Positions 18,377 through 28,649 of a DNA stretch of 64,000 bases are shown piece after piece. The position numbers and the translations under genes were made by a program. The stretch's first letter is position 1; each line of letters begins with the position of its first letter. This stretch comes from an uncultured virus (IMG/VR IMGVR_UViG_3300006467_000276). Lineage: Duplodnaviria; Heunggongvirae; Uroviricota; Caudoviricetes. The DNA is taken from IMG/VR virus record IMGVR_UViG_3300006467_000276; one strand, 5' to 3'. A model generated the notes under the pieces. It did not search any database, was not told where the DNA came from, and worked only from the letters and a program-made list of their open reading frames with translations.

Positions 18377-19917
18377 GCCTTCACTCCTTTAGGTAGCTTT
18401 CGATCAGAGAGGCTCATGCCGCGCGCCTCTAGCCATTTTTCATACGTCGGAAGCACCTTATCCCGGTAGTAGGCCGCTGAATACATCGATCCTGTGTTGT
18501 CTAAGCAGGTGACAGCTGATTCTTCTGGCCGAAACAATCTACCTGGGTATTCTTCGCACCCCCATCGAGCAAGCACAACAGACTGCCAAGATCGAGAATA
18601 CAACCAGTGGTTCCGAAACCAATACATTGAACCTGAATACGAGAGTGTCTTTCTGCTCTTATAAAATAAATCCCATTTTCGGCAAGCACCCGTAACAGCA
18701 TTCGATCGCAATTGCCTTTCTACCAACCCAGGGTCACCGAGGTTGGTGGTGTACAACATTTCCACCCAACCCATGATGTGCGGTACTACTTTGGTGACCT
18801 GCGAAACGCCTTTTGCGTGTCCTCGAAATGTGATGTGATTCGGATCCCGTGTCTCTAGCTGCTGAATCAACGGCATGAAAGAAGTCATCTCACCGAAATT
18901 CTTAGAATTCTTGAACACCATATACTCGTAGACATGTCCTCCAAGATACCTACGGACTTCATCTGCAGAAGCAGACTCATTGTCTACAGCAATACCTACA
19001 ATTCTCCGTCCATTGAATTGATCAATGTGCCGTATCAACTGATCAAGATTCCATTTCCAATGAGGACCAGTTGGGTAGATGTGGTAGATCAGATTCCTGA
19101 TAGTTTCTCCATCAAATGGAGTAGACTTAACATCCTTCACATCTTTATGACCGGTATCAGCATATCTCCCGAAGGCAGTCGAGAACGTAAGATTTGAGAT
19201 GTCAGGTCTAACTCCTCTGCCTAATGTAGGTTTACTCGAACCAGATACTCTTCGGGCCCGCTTACCACCTCCGCATCCAGAGCAGCCGCCTTTCTTTCGA
19301 CGAGGCTGAGAGGCTTGAAGTCGAATCTGCTTTAGCCGAGCTTCGCGGTGATTCTTTTCGTTTTGAGTTCCATTCTCAACACTCTTAACATACGCATCAA
19401 TGGCTTGATGGATGTACTTGCGGAGAGTGATTTTAATGGCTGATTTTTCCACAACCCCTTTGAGCAATCGATGGGCCCACGGATGCTCTTGAGACATCCA
19501 CGTAACAGCCCGAGGCAGCATATCATCGACAAGATCTTCAACTCTCTGCCGACAGACACCAGGCCCCCACTGATTCATCACCAACGCCAGACTATCACAG
19601 TCAGCGCACGGAGGCACACCGAATTTCTGTAAGATCTTCTTCAATTCAGTACCAGGACCAAATTGAAATTGAGCTGCCAAATCTTCAAATTCGGAAACTG
19701 CTGTATCTTTAGAGTAGCCATGAAAAACTAATCTTGGCTTTGGTTGCTGCTCCGGCGTGCCTGAAATTACCGATCCACCACTCTCTTTCAGATCAAATTC
19801 GTCGACACCTAGTCGAGAACGATAAGCCGCTACTTTCTTTCGATCCATTTTTGTCTGACCCATGCAGACTTTCCATGGATATGTGTCTTTTTGGAATATG
19901 TCACTGCAGGATGCCAT
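18373..19917 (-). CDS. Multi-domain protein: Cys-containing N-terminus plus putative glycosyltransferase-like C-terminus
   Basis: CADC, GCSGCGG; C-terminal GEMTSF, HAKGVS, SGSMYWFR, WGCEEYPG. Confidence 0.5.
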   Translation of the reverse strand: MASCSDIFQKDTYPWKVCMGQTKMDRKKVAAYRSRLGVDEFDLKESGGSVISGTPEQQPKPRLVFHGYSKDTAVSEFEDLAAQFQFGPGTELKKILQKFGVPPCADCDSLALVMNQWGPGVCRQRVEDLVDDMLPRAVTWMSQEHPWAHRLLKGVVEKSAIKITLRKYIHQAIDAYVKSVENGTQNEKNHREARLKQIRLQASQPRRKKGGCSGCGGGKRARRVSGSSKPTLGRGVRPDISNLTFSTAFGRYADTGHKDVKDVKSTPFDGETIRNLIYHIYPTGPHWKWNLDQLIRHIDQFNGRRIVGIAVDNESASADEVRRYLGGHVYEYMVFKNSKNFGEMTSFMPLIQQLETRDPNHITFRGHAKGVSQVTKVVPHIMGWVEMLYTTNLGDPGLVERQLRSNAVTGACRKWDLFYKSRKTLSYSGSMYWFRNHWLYSRSWQSVVLARWGCEEYPGRLFRPEESAVTCLDNTGSMYSAAYYRDKVLPTYEKWLEARGMSLSDRKLPKGVKA

Positions 19918-19924
19918 CAGTCAA

Positions 19925-22018
19925 TCAAGCCTCAAGTATGACAATCTGGACGGCCTGAATAGTTTCTCCACAACACCAGAGCACTTCAGACGGACCTGGG
20001 TACTCGGCATAGAAGTGGCTGTAATAAGGATCACACGTCTCGTAGGCCATCTCCCACATTTCACTACCACCAGTACCAGGCCGAGGAGACACTCCTGATT
20101 GATCAATAGTCAACACACCGTTCTTGTATTCAAAAGAAAGTAGAAGGTATTCAGGGTCTCCTAGAAAGTTTATACACTCAAGCACATGAAATCCACGATA
20201 ACCGCAGCCGATCTCAATTTCAGCGTCTCCGAGAATGAATACTTCTTCATAGTAGACCAAGGTGACATCGATTGCACAACTGGAGTAAAACCCCGGCTCG
20301 CCTACACCTGGCGGATTACCAGCCCAAAGAGAAGCAATTAGAACCTTGGGGTGCGAACCGCAGTTGGTGGCGCATGGAGTAGCCTCATTGCAAACGATCA
20401 GTTCTTCGCAGTTACCCTCGAATGCTGGATGAACATGCAGATACACTGCACGATCATCCGAATATCCGTAAAAAGTTGCTGACAGCAGCGGTTGCAAAGT
20501 GCACTGAATCTGCTGAGGCTCAATATCAAAGGCTGCATACTCACCGGAGTATTCCCATGTCAACCAGCACTCACCGTAGATATTCTGCAACCGAATCTCA
20601 AGAGACGTCGATAACTCATCACCATTATTCTGGGCACCGCCTGTTGACTGGTACGATTTGCGAGTAGGATTCCAGGTGAAGAGTATGTTGTACCAGAAAT
20701 CACCATTCTCATCGTAGAACATTCCGCAAAGATATTTCGGGAGGCACCGGCAAGAATCTCCGCAAAAATGCTGATAGCACTGACATCGGCCTGAAGTAAG
20801 CTTAAAGTGCGGTGAGCGGAATGGATCAAAATTCTTATCAGAGAACACCGTCAGCTCTAAGCCGCAACCACAAGATCCACTAGATGATAGCGGTATGATC
20901 GGAAAGATCTCCCCGTGCTCGTCTATTGTTCCGTCATCTGCAATCGTATCGTAAACTCTGAATCCAGGAGGAGTTTTGAAGTCTGTACGAAGATCACAAC
21001 GAACAATAGTATCACCGTACACTGAATCGTACTCAGTGTAGTCCTGGCAAAGATAGATGTAATCTATCCGAGTGACTTTTCCTGTGGTAGTGTTGTAGAG
21101 GGGTGATCTCCATCGACCCAAAACCTTAGTCACTAGATACCGAGGAGGATTGACATCCCCTGCGTAAAATTCACCCTGAAGAGGATTATCAACCAAAGTC
21201 TGGAGATAATCAAAATCCCACTCGAATTCTTGTTTGATTCGAGCTGATTCAAATCCACCTGCCGAGTACGGCTCTTTGACTCCGAAAAGACACAGAAACC
21301 GAGGTACTTGACCAACTGAAGTTTCAGCATCCCAATCACAGTCAATGCACTCCATTTCAGGTACATCAACCAAAAGAGACTCTGGATCTCCTCGATCGAA
21401 CGAAGAAGGAAATTGTCGATACTGAAATGGCACCAACTCTGCTTCGAAATTCGAAAGAGACAGAGTACCGGTACAGCTTTCATAAGCCGTCACGTTCTCA
21501 ACTTCAATTGCAGGAACACCAAGACACGTGACAACCTGGTGATCAATTTCGATCCTCTCATTGATACCTAACTGATCAATCTTGATGGTCCAGTAACACG
21601 ATCTATCGTACTGACTTTCACTATTCAGTGGATAGGTAGTGAGCGTGACCTCAATAGTGATGCCTGCCACGGTGCCAGTGTACAGTACCACATAATCGTT
21701 TAGGTTTAGCCCTGGGTCATCCGATCCAACCAACACTCCCAAGAACATAGGGATAATCTTGTATCGACAGCACTGATCGGCAGGATCATCAGGATCAAAC
21801 CGCGCTACAATCATTCGAGGATTGCACTGGCAGCAGTGTTCAGGACCAATGACCGAGTCGAGCACCTGATAATAGAGACACGGATTACAGCAACAGCAAG
21901 AATCAGAGTATCCGGTACGCACTCCGTCTCGATGATCTTGGCATCTAGGCGAGCGATTGAATCTGTCAGGTGTATCAGATTCATCTGGGGCGTTTATCAA
22001 ATAATTCGGCTGTGGCAT
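19925..22018 (-). CDS. Cys-rich acidic protein, probable tail tip/receptor-binding component
   Basis: About 39 Cys by hand count in 697 aa; third gene after the tape measure. Confidence 0.6.
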   Translation of the reverse strand: MPQPNYLINAPDESDTPDRFNRSPRCQDHRDGVRTGYSDSCCCCNPCLYYQVLDSVIGPEHCCQCNPRMIVARFDPDDPADQCCRYKIIPMFLGVLVGSDDPGLNLNDYVVLYTGTVAGITIEVTLTTYPLNSESQYDRSCYWTIKIDQLGINERIEIDHQVVTCLGVPAIEVENVTAYESCTGTLSLSNFEAELVPFQYRQFPSSFDRGDPESLLVDVPEMECIDCDWDAETSVGQVPRFLCLFGVKEPYSAGGFESARIKQEFEWDFDYLQTLVDNPLQGEFYAGDVNPPRYLVTKVLGRWRSPLYNTTTGKVTRIDYIYLCQDYTEYDSVYGDTIVRCDLRTDFKTPPGFRVYDTIADDGTIDEHGEIFPIIPLSSSGSCGCGLELTVFSDKNFDPFRSPHFKLTSGRCQCYQHFCGDSCRCLPKYLCGMFYDENGDFWYNILFTWNPTRKSYQSTGGAQNNGDELSTSLEIRLQNIYGECWLTWEYSGEYAAFDIEPQQIQCTLQPLLSATFYGYSDDRAVYLHVHPAFEGNCEELIVCNEATPCATNCGSHPKVLIASLWAGNPPGVGEPGFYSSCAIDVTLVYYEEVFILGDAEIEIGCGYRGFHVLECINFLGDPEYLLLSFEYKNGVLTIDQSGVSPRPGTGGSEMWEMAYETCDPYYSHFYAEYPGPSEVLWCCGETIQAVQIVILEA

Positions 22019-22054
22019 GTTCTTAATCTATCCGCCAAACACTACGCCGCCGCA

Positions 22055-22819
22055 CTAGAGAATGTTGTACTGCTCAGCACAACTTAGATGCTCAACCAGC
22101 CAACGACAATCACCTTCTGCTAAGACTTGATACTGGCAATCCACCAACTGGTCAAGATCATAAGCAGAGATGGGGTTGTCCATCTTATTGGCAACACCGT
22201 GCAGCCCAATTAACAAATCTCGAGGAATGTTGAAGTGGCAGTATTCCGGATCCCAGATCCTCACCTCGTCACCGACAGCAACAGTACCGCCGCCGCACGT
22301 AATCTGAGTGACTACAGCCTCAACAAAATCACACCCAGTGGCATTCTTTCCTAAGTCTTTTCCGATGTCAATGATCTCGAAGTGAATAGTCTCACTTCCG
22401 CTTGAACCGGATACAACGGGAATAAATGCTCCTCTCTGGGGATCATAGTACGCGACTAAGGTACTACCTACCGCATAGATTTGATTGACTGCAGAGGCGT
22501 CCAGACAGTACGGGCCTTCTTCTTCATTGATGACCCATCGCCCTAGTGTCGATTCATAGAATTTAGGACGGATTTGGTAGATTTGATTGTTGCTGTATTG
22601 GTCGGCGAATGCGGGATCTCCCTCCCAGTCACAAGTCCCCGAAACCACCTCCATGACTCTCTGAACAAAGGGAGCAGGAGCTACCACCTGCTCAGGCGCA
22701 CCGTGTAGCCCTCCTCCAGGCACGAATCGCAATGCCGATTCGGCGGCTTCACTCAGTTTATTCACATGATTCGCGCTGAGTGCGTCGCCTGAGCTTTTCT
22801 TTGGTAGATCGGGATGCAT
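22055..22819 (-). CDS. Putative tail protein
   Basis: Position downstream of the tape measure; GDALSANHVNKL N-terminus. Confidence 0.5.
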   Translation of the reverse strand: MHPDLPKKSSGDALSANHVNKLSEAAESALRFVPGGGLHGAPEQVVAPAPFVQRVMEVVSGTCDWEGDPAFADQYSNNQIYQIRPKFYESTLGRWVINEEEGPYCLDASAVNQIYAVGSTLVAYYDPQRGAFIPVVSGSSGSETIHFEIIDIGKDLGKNATGCDFVEAVVTQITCGGGTVAVGDEVRIWDPEYCHFNIPRDLLIGLHGVANKMDNPISAYDLDQLVDCQYQVLAEGDCRWLVEHLSCAEQYNIL

Positions 22820-22820
22820 T

Positions 22821-23837
22821 CTACACCTGAGTCAACAAATTGAAGTCCCAGCCTTTATACACTGGAGTCTGCTGATCGTCAATGTAGAGACGTTGCCAAC
22901 CGAAACCTGGTCTCCAGAAGTGGTTGTGTCCACACACAACGCCATTCCACACAACTCTCTTTTCGATCAAGTTGATCTCTAAATCAACCGGAGGAGTGGT
23001 GACTAGACCATCCCGCCACGTATGGCGTTGAGTGTGCCCATAAGAATCAAAGAGAAGTGTCTCAGGTTCTAGAGTATTGAACAAAGGCACGTCGAATGTT
23101 CCGGAATTGACACGGCCAATCAACTGGCGACACCGGTACACGATCACATCTTCATACAACTCAAACGGAATCTGATTCCACCGAAGAGTCCATTGTGTTG
23201 TCGGGACTCTGATCAAAATCGGCAGCCCAGGATCACGATTGACCTGCTCATTCGGTGATCGCGGATTCTCTTCGTTCGCTCCAAGAACTTTTCCAGTATC
23301 GGGATCAATCCAAGTCCCCGGCTCTTGGTCATCGCCATCTTCAAGAAGACTATTCTGCTCAGGTTTCCATCGAGCACCTGGGCCCGTGCTATTGATAAAT
23401 TCGCCGCCCGCTCGACTAGTGATTTCCAGAAAAGTCTGAGGATCATCTTCGTCTGTATCTCGATTTTTCATCTCCGAGCTGTAGAACAACTGGCACAGCA
23501 CAACCGGATAATAGGTGTTGTCAGGAGGTGATGAATCAATTCCGAACGGATCAATAGGAAACGCTGCATCATGTGATTTGAATTTGATTCGCTTGACTGA
23601 TATCTGAGGAAAACCAGGGAGAGTCGATGACTGAGGAACAGAAACATTTCCGACTTGAATGGGCGGCGGCATCATCTCCAAAAAGAAATTCAAAAGATCA
23701 CTAGCCTGCACCAAGACATCAACTGTAACGTCAGCCTGTTCAAGTCCAAAATCGCCTTCTTGTTGAAGGAGTTTGTATGGAATTCCTCCAGTGGTCTTGA
23801 GTCTCCATTTCGTAGGATCATTCAAATTACTTGACAT
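22821..23837 (-). CDS. Putative distal tail protein
   Basis: Immediately follows the tape measure; IGRVNS...PETLLF motif. Confidence 0.55.
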   Translation of the reverse strand: MSSNLNDPTKWRLKTTGGIPYKLLQQEGDFGLEQADVTVDVLVQASDLLNFFLEMMPPPIQVGNVSVPQSSTLPGFPQISVKRIKFKSHDAAFPIDPFGIDSSPPDNTYYPVVLCQLFYSSEMKNRDTDEDDPQTFLEITSRAGGEFINSTGPGARWKPEQNSLLEDGDDQEPGTWIDPDTGKVLGANEENPRSPNEQVNRDPGLPILIRVPTTQWTLRWNQIPFELYEDVIVYRCRQLIGRVNSGTFDVPLFNTLEPETLLFDSYGHTQRHTWRDGLVTTPPVDLEINLIEKRVVWNGVVCGHNHFWRPGFGWQRLYIDDQQTPVYKGWDFNLLTQV

Positions 23838-23840
23838 CGT

Positions 23841-26267
23841 CTACTCCAGCCCGAATTTCTTTGGGCGATTTGCTGCTGCAAGCAATTGAGTCTGTGTGTT
23901 GTTGATTTGCCCTAAAAGAGAATTCCGTTTGAGATCTAGGGCATTCTCTTGCTCAGACAACAAAGCATCCTGGATCTTGTCAGCAATTCCAGTGAAGGAG
24001 TACCGACCTGCGTCAAGAAACGAAGAAGCAGACGGGTTCATTCCGGCACCTTTGCCGCCTTTTCCATCTTCTCCAAGAGCAGCATCAGGTCCTCCTCCTG
24101 ATCCAAATCGACGACTGAAAGCCGACTCCATCCTCTCCATAGCCTCATCCATTTTACGGGACGCGTCTTCGGCAGCCTTTCGAAATGGATTTTTTGATTC
24201 GTCATATGCTTGAGAAAAGCCTTCGGTGAACTGCCTCATAAGGTCATCAGCGGCGCCTAACGCCAGCGCTTTCGCTGCTTCTAGAGCTGCTGTGAATCCA
24301 TCCACCAACCCGGAAAAAATGTCGCCGGAGTAGAAACCTTGTTTGATCCATTCCCACAGAGCTAAGAATCCATCCCGAATAAACCCAAAAGCAGAGTCAA
24401 ATACACCGACAGTGAATTCTGAAATGCCGCTAAATCCGTTGAACCAAACATGAACAATCTCATTGACGATGGTCTGTGCTGCACCCCACAGCAACCGCCC
24501 CCAATCAACAAAGAAAGCAACCATTGTTTCTAAGGTGCCAGCAAATCCCTTGGCAAACCCAAACAAAATCGATGGGATGTCTACAGTAAAGATTCCGCGA
24601 AACATCTGAAACCAACTCTGAAGAGCGAATCGAGCAGCGTCGAATGACCAAGCAAACACATCAGCCCACGCAGCCATTGAAGATTCGGTAAAGCTGATCA
24701 ACCCAGAAAACAGCCCAGTCACAAACCCATAAACAGACGACACTCCTCTACCAATAGATGAAACAGCACCGAGTACGCTGCCTACTATGAAAGCGCCTAC
24801 TGAAGCAAAGCCTGCTCCCAACATCTCAAACAACCCGGACGCAGCAGCACCTACCCCGACAAAACTCGCCGCCACGTATCTAGCAAAATCTTCAAATTCC
24901 GCCCGTATCAAATTAAACTGCTGCATGGCGTACGCTTCGAAGAAATCCCAAGTAGCCGCCCAGTCAGCAGTAAGGAAATTCAGAAGCCGAAGAATATCGA
25001 GTAAACCCGAAGCGATCGCTCGAAACATTCCTGTGATGCTCGGAGTGAAAACTCCTAATCCTTCCACAAACGATTCCAAAATAAGCCTCAAATGGCCCCA
25101 CAGAGCCACTAACTCTTTTGAAATATCGGCCCAGAGTGCCATCCCTTCTTGCGAAGTCCGAAGCCAGTTGACGAAGGCGCCGATAGCTGCCCCTAGAGCA
25201 ATTACTGCTGCACCGATTCCGGTACCCAAAAGCATCCCACGGGCTGTTATGCCGAAAATATTCATAGCCACCACAGCAGCCGCGACAGCGGCGCCAAACG
25301 TAGCAGTAGCTGCGGCACCTGCCAGCATCATTGGGATGTACCCCTGGGATGCCTGAATCACTGCCTGGAAACCAGTCAGCATATCACGGAGTATGCGGAC
25401 AAATTCAAGAGCAACTGGAGCTAGGCTCTGTCCAATCTCTCTCTTGAGGACAATAACAGAGTCGACAAAGTTACTCCACATCCCCAAAAGAGTTTCTGCT
25501 TGGCGGGTCATCAGATTTGCGAACCGCCCACCAGCACTGGACATCCGATTGAAAGCCTGAACGACGATGCGGCTAGAAACTCCTCCTTGAGAAACCATCT
25601 GCTGGATTTCCGACGTCGTCTTGCCTAGCATCGTGGCGAGTTCGTCGAGAAGCGGAATACCAAGGACTGCGAAGTCCCGCAGTTCTCGGCCAGTCAATCG
25701 ACCCTGGGTCTTAACCTGACCCAAGTTCAGGATAAGCCGCTCCAGCCCGACTTCACCTCGACCAATACCAGCCGCAACGTCGCCTACAGATTTTAGAATG
25801 GGAAGTAGATCGGATGCTCCAAATCCAACAGCCAAAAGCTGCTGCGCAGATTTTTCTACACCAGGCAAAGTGAAGGGAGTGCGAACAGCAAAATCAGTGA
25901 GCTGCTGCAATGTCTTCTGAGCTTTTCTTGCACTGCCAAGCATAACCTCAAAAGCGACTTGAGTCTGCTCAAATCGACCAGCTTCTGCTACGGACTCTGT
26001 CACCAGTCCTGTCGCCTTGCGAGCCGCCGTAGCCAGTAGTCCCCCAGCGACGATACTGGCTCCTCGAAAACTCTCGACATACATCCGAACCATTGCTTGG
26101 ACGTCTTGTCGAAATCGAGCCTGATCGATCCTCGGCCGAATAGTTCCAGCTTGGGAGATGCTGCGAGCCTGATCTCGCATGAACCCTCGAAGTCTGTTCA
26201 TATCTCCAGGCAGACCCGAAGAATCTCCTCGGACACGAACAAACAAACGAGCAAGCTCAATACCCAT
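23841..26267 (-). CDS. Tail tape measure protein
   Basis: LARLFVRVRGD start, FEVMLGS...FAVRTPF...LGQV...ELRDFAVLGIP tape-measure domain, Ala/Gly/aromatic periodic helices. Confidence 0.92.
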   Translation of the reverse strand: MGIELARLFVRVRGDSSGLPGDMNRLRGFMRDQARSISQAGTIRPRIDQARFRQDVQAMVRMYVESFRGASIVAGGLLATAARKATGLVTESVAEAGRFEQTQVAFEVMLGSARKAQKTLQQLTDFAVRTPFTLPGVEKSAQQLLAVGFGASDLLPILKSVGDVAAGIGRGEVGLERLILNLGQVKTQGRLTGRELRDFAVLGIPLLDELATMLGKTTSEIQQMVSQGGVSSRIVVQAFNRMSSAGGRFANLMTRQAETLLGMWSNFVDSVIVLKREIGQSLAPVALEFVRILRDMLTGFQAVIQASQGYIPMMLAGAAATATFGAAVAAAVVAMNIFGITARGMLLGTGIGAAVIALGAAIGAFVNWLRTSQEGMALWADISKELVALWGHLRLILESFVEGLGVFTPSITGMFRAIASGLLDILRLLNFLTADWAATWDFFEAYAMQQFNLIRAEFEDFARYVAASFVGVGAAASGLFEMLGAGFASVGAFIVGSVLGAVSSIGRGVSSVYGFVTGLFSGLISFTESSMAAWADVFAWSFDAARFALQSWFQMFRGIFTVDIPSILFGFAKGFAGTLETMVAFFVDWGRLLWGAAQTIVNEIVHVWFNGFSGISEFTVGVFDSAFGFIRDGFLALWEWIKQGFYSGDIFSGLVDGFTAALEAAKALALGAADDLMRQFTEGFSQAYDESKNPFRKAAEDASRKMDEAMERMESAFSRRFGSGGGPDAALGEDGKGGKGAGMNPSASSFLDAGRYSFTGIADKIQDALLSEQENALDLKRNSLLGQINNTQTQLLAAANRPKKFGLE

Positions 26268-26700
26268 TTCGGTTCCGTTTCTTTCTGCCTTTTCTTTCTG
26301 AAGCAGCTGATCTCTCAGCCGCCCTCTTGGCCTGCTTCTCTCTCATCTGCTCTACCTTGGTTTTACCGGTGCCTTTGAGCTTGATCTTCTCACCAGTAGA
26401 ACTCACAGCGTCTACAGTTCCATCAGGTTTGAGTAGATTAGCGACAGCTGAACCGTCCATGGATACTCCTCGGACAGGCCCTGCTCTGAGGTACTTCGGA
26501 TCAGCAAGGAGCATGAACACTTGATCAAGGGTCAACTCCGAAACATCTTTTGGACGGTAACCAAATCCACCAGCAGAGTCCCAGGTTGGAGGATCGCATA
26601 ATCTTCTGATGTGGCGAGGTGTCAATCCGCACAAGAGATCCATCGGCCGGGCATCGGGCCTGCTGCTCGGCTGCTTATCAACAGGCCCTATCCATTTCCC
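26257..26700 (-). CDS. Tail assembly chaperone, -1 frameshift extension (gpGT-like)
   Basis: The -1 frame from slippery G GGA AAT (26700-26694) is open into ORF 26257..26643. Confidence 0.75.
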   Translation of the reverse strand, partial: GKWIGPVDKQPSSRPDARPMDLLCGLTPRHIRRLCDPPTWDSAGGFGYRPKDVSELTLDQVFMLLADPKYLRAGPVRGVSMDGSAVANLLKPDGTVDAVSSTGEKIKLKGTGKTKVEQMREKQAKRAAERSAASERKGRKKRNRNGY

Positions 26701-27332
26701 GACTCAGGAGCAGACATGTGCTCGATTTCTTTCGAAATCTCACTCAGTCGGCCAGGAGTGCTTGAAAGTTCTTCGAACAGCTCATCCCGTGTCACACCTG
26801 AATGCTGAAAGCACAGCCAACACGATTCAAGCATACCTTCCATCGTACCGCCAACCCACCATGCAGCGTAGGGAGATGCCACAACAGAAGCATCCCGTCC
26901 GTTGGTGAGTTTTTTATACTGCTCAGGAGACATTCGATTCTGATCAAGGCACGCCTCAGCAATCCGATCCAATTTCGGACCCGGCTCCAAGACATCCGGC
27001 GCCAAATCAGGAAACATATTCTGAAGAAACTGAACCAGTTGTGTTGTAGCCGGAGTGCCTGCACAACTGTAGACCTCCCTCATCGGCAGATCTTCAGCGT
27101 CAAGTTCACTGAGCTGCTGCCTCTTATCCCTGATCAGTGCATCTCGATCTTCTCCCGGAAGAATCATCTCGGCAAACTCGTTCAGCTTCTGCTTCTTCCA
27201 CCGAATGGCGCAGATTCTCTGAAGCTCTGCCAACTCCCCGAGATTCAGTGGACGCACCTTACATGATTTACCCGCAATCGTAACCGTTTTCCCTGAACCA
27301 GCACCTAGTGCCCTCGCAACGTCCTCAGCCAT
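26688..27332 (-). CDS. Tail assembly chaperone (gpG-like)
   Basis: Between tail tube and tape measure; ends TCG GGA AAT GGA TAG. Confidence 0.8.
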   Translation of the reverse strand: MAEDVARALGAGSGKTVTIAGKSCKVRPLNLGELAELQRICAIRWKKQKLNEFAEMILPGEDRDALIRDKRQQLSELDAEDLPMREVYSCAGTPATTQLVQFLQNMFPDLAPDVLEPGPKLDRIAEACLDQNRMSPEQYKKLTNGRDASVVASPYAAWWVGGTMEGMLESCWLCFQHSGVTRDELFEELSSTPGRLSEISKEIEHMSAPESGNG

Positions 27333-27358
27333 CTTTCATCTCCTCGGAAAACTCAAGT

Positions 27359-27391
27359 AAAGAAAAAGGCGGGATAGGTTGTATCCCGCCT
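27359..27391 (-). terminator. Rho-independent terminator after the tail tube gene
   Basis: AGGCGGGATA-CAACC-TATCCCGCCT then TTTTCTTT on the minus strand. Confidence 0.8.
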
Positions 27392-27443
27392 GGCTCTTGC
27401 CGTTCCACCGTAACACAGACAGGCGGATTCAAATCCACCGAAT

Positions 27444-27920
27444 TTACGATGGATCCGGCAGCGTTCGGCTTGGTTGATCTGTCTGCCCTGGTCGATAGAA
27501 GATTCCATCAGCACCCCAAGCAGCAGTCCACCCAATGACTTCTTCTGTGTCGACATTCACTGTCAACTGGAAATCATTGCACAGTGCCCGAGGGAAATCC
27601 CAGTACAAACTGACGTTCGGGGTGACCTCAAGATCTTCTTTCAACCAAAGGGTCACGCGAAGCGTATCACCTGGATTGAAAAGTTGGTACACCTCGTCGG
27701 TCGTATCGTATTTTCCTTCCGTATCGAACGTCGCATCTCTTCGACCCGACGCACGATTGGTGTATCCTGCTGAATCTGAATCACCCCACTCACTACTGGT
27801 AGCCAAGGTCGGATTCACCGCCCATTGAGTGATTCGAGCAACCAGACTTTCTGTGCTGTCTTCGAGATTTTCAAGAGAAACCTTACCGGTTCGTCCGGTA
27901 AGAGTATCGAGGCTGGACAT
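27444..27920 (-). CDS. Major tail tube protein
   Basis: Size, acidic beta-rich sequence, position before the chaperones, followed by a terminator. Confidence 0.7.
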   Translation of the reverse strand: MSSLDTLTGRTGKVSLENLEDSTESLVARITQWAVNPTLATSSEWGDSDSAGYTNRASGRRDATFDTEGKYDTTDEVYQLFNPGDTLRVTLWLKEDLEVTPNVSLYWDFPRALCNDFQLTVNVDTEEVIGWTAAWGADGIFYRPGQTDQPSRTLPDPS

Positions 27921-27964
27921 GTCATTTCTCCGTTAAACGGAAGTGAGTGGATCAGATTCTTTGA

Positions 27965-28639
27965 TTAAGAAGACTGCGATGAACTGCTTGACGACGATGA
28001 ACTACTCAATGACGAAGAACTGCTTGACTGGGATGAGCTGCTCGATGACGAAGAACTGCTCGAAGAGCTACTGCTTTCGTCATCATCGTGTCGACCGATC
28101 AACGCAATTGTGTACACCACCGCGCCGCCGTTTGCAGTCAGCTTTAATCGGTGGCTGGATGCGTCAACGACATCAAAAGCCGCCGCCGCAGGTTGGGCCT
28201 TGTGCAGCACACCGCCGCCCCGCAGAGCACCGCCTGTTGCGGCTGTGTGGGTACCAATCGGCGTCCACCCATTAGTCGAGTCAGGTTCAATTTCAAGCTG
28301 ACCATCCGCCGTCACCGCATTATCGTTCTGGATCTGAATTGCTGTGATTTCTTCGACAGTCAGTGCCTGTCCGGTAATATCATTACCATCACCCATTCCA
28401 AAATCGTATCCGGAAAAATCGTACAGATCGATGACAATGGACGCTCCCGACGGAATCGTCCCAGAAAACTGCCACGCGCGATTCGATTGGTTAGAACCGA
28501 TTCCATTCGTCATCGAAGATTTCTTGGTAGCCTTTACCTGGCCCGAAACCGAAACACTGGAATTTACGTCCGACGCATTAACCACTGTCGCGGTAATCTG
28601 CGCCAAGGCTGTCGGCGTTGTCAGTGATCGCGTTCCCAT
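27965..28639 (-). CDS. Putative virion protein with C-terminal poly-serine tail
   Basis: Beta-rich domain then DDDE and ~35 residues of nearly pure Ser ending QSS-stop. Confidence 0.75.
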   Translation of the reverse strand: MGTRSLTTPTALAQITATVVNASDVNSSVSVSGQVKATKKSSMTNGIGSNQSNRAWQFSGTIPSGASIVIDLYDFSGYDFGMGDGNDITGQALTVEEITAIQIQNDNAVTADGQLEIEPDSTNGWTPIGTHTAATGGALRGGGVLHKAQPAAAAFDVVDASSHRLKLTANGGAVVYTIALIGRHDDDESSSSSSSSSSSSSSSQSSSSSSLSSSSSSSSSSQSS

Positions 28640-28649
28640 CGGTCAGTCC

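Noticed and set aside
8568..19917. Glycan cluster as a DNA hypermodification pathway
   Set aside because: No thymidylate-synthase-like hydroxymethylase, TET/JBP, 7-deazaguanine or nucleotide kinase genes were recognised, and the cluster follows tail genes. It is disfavoured rather than excluded.
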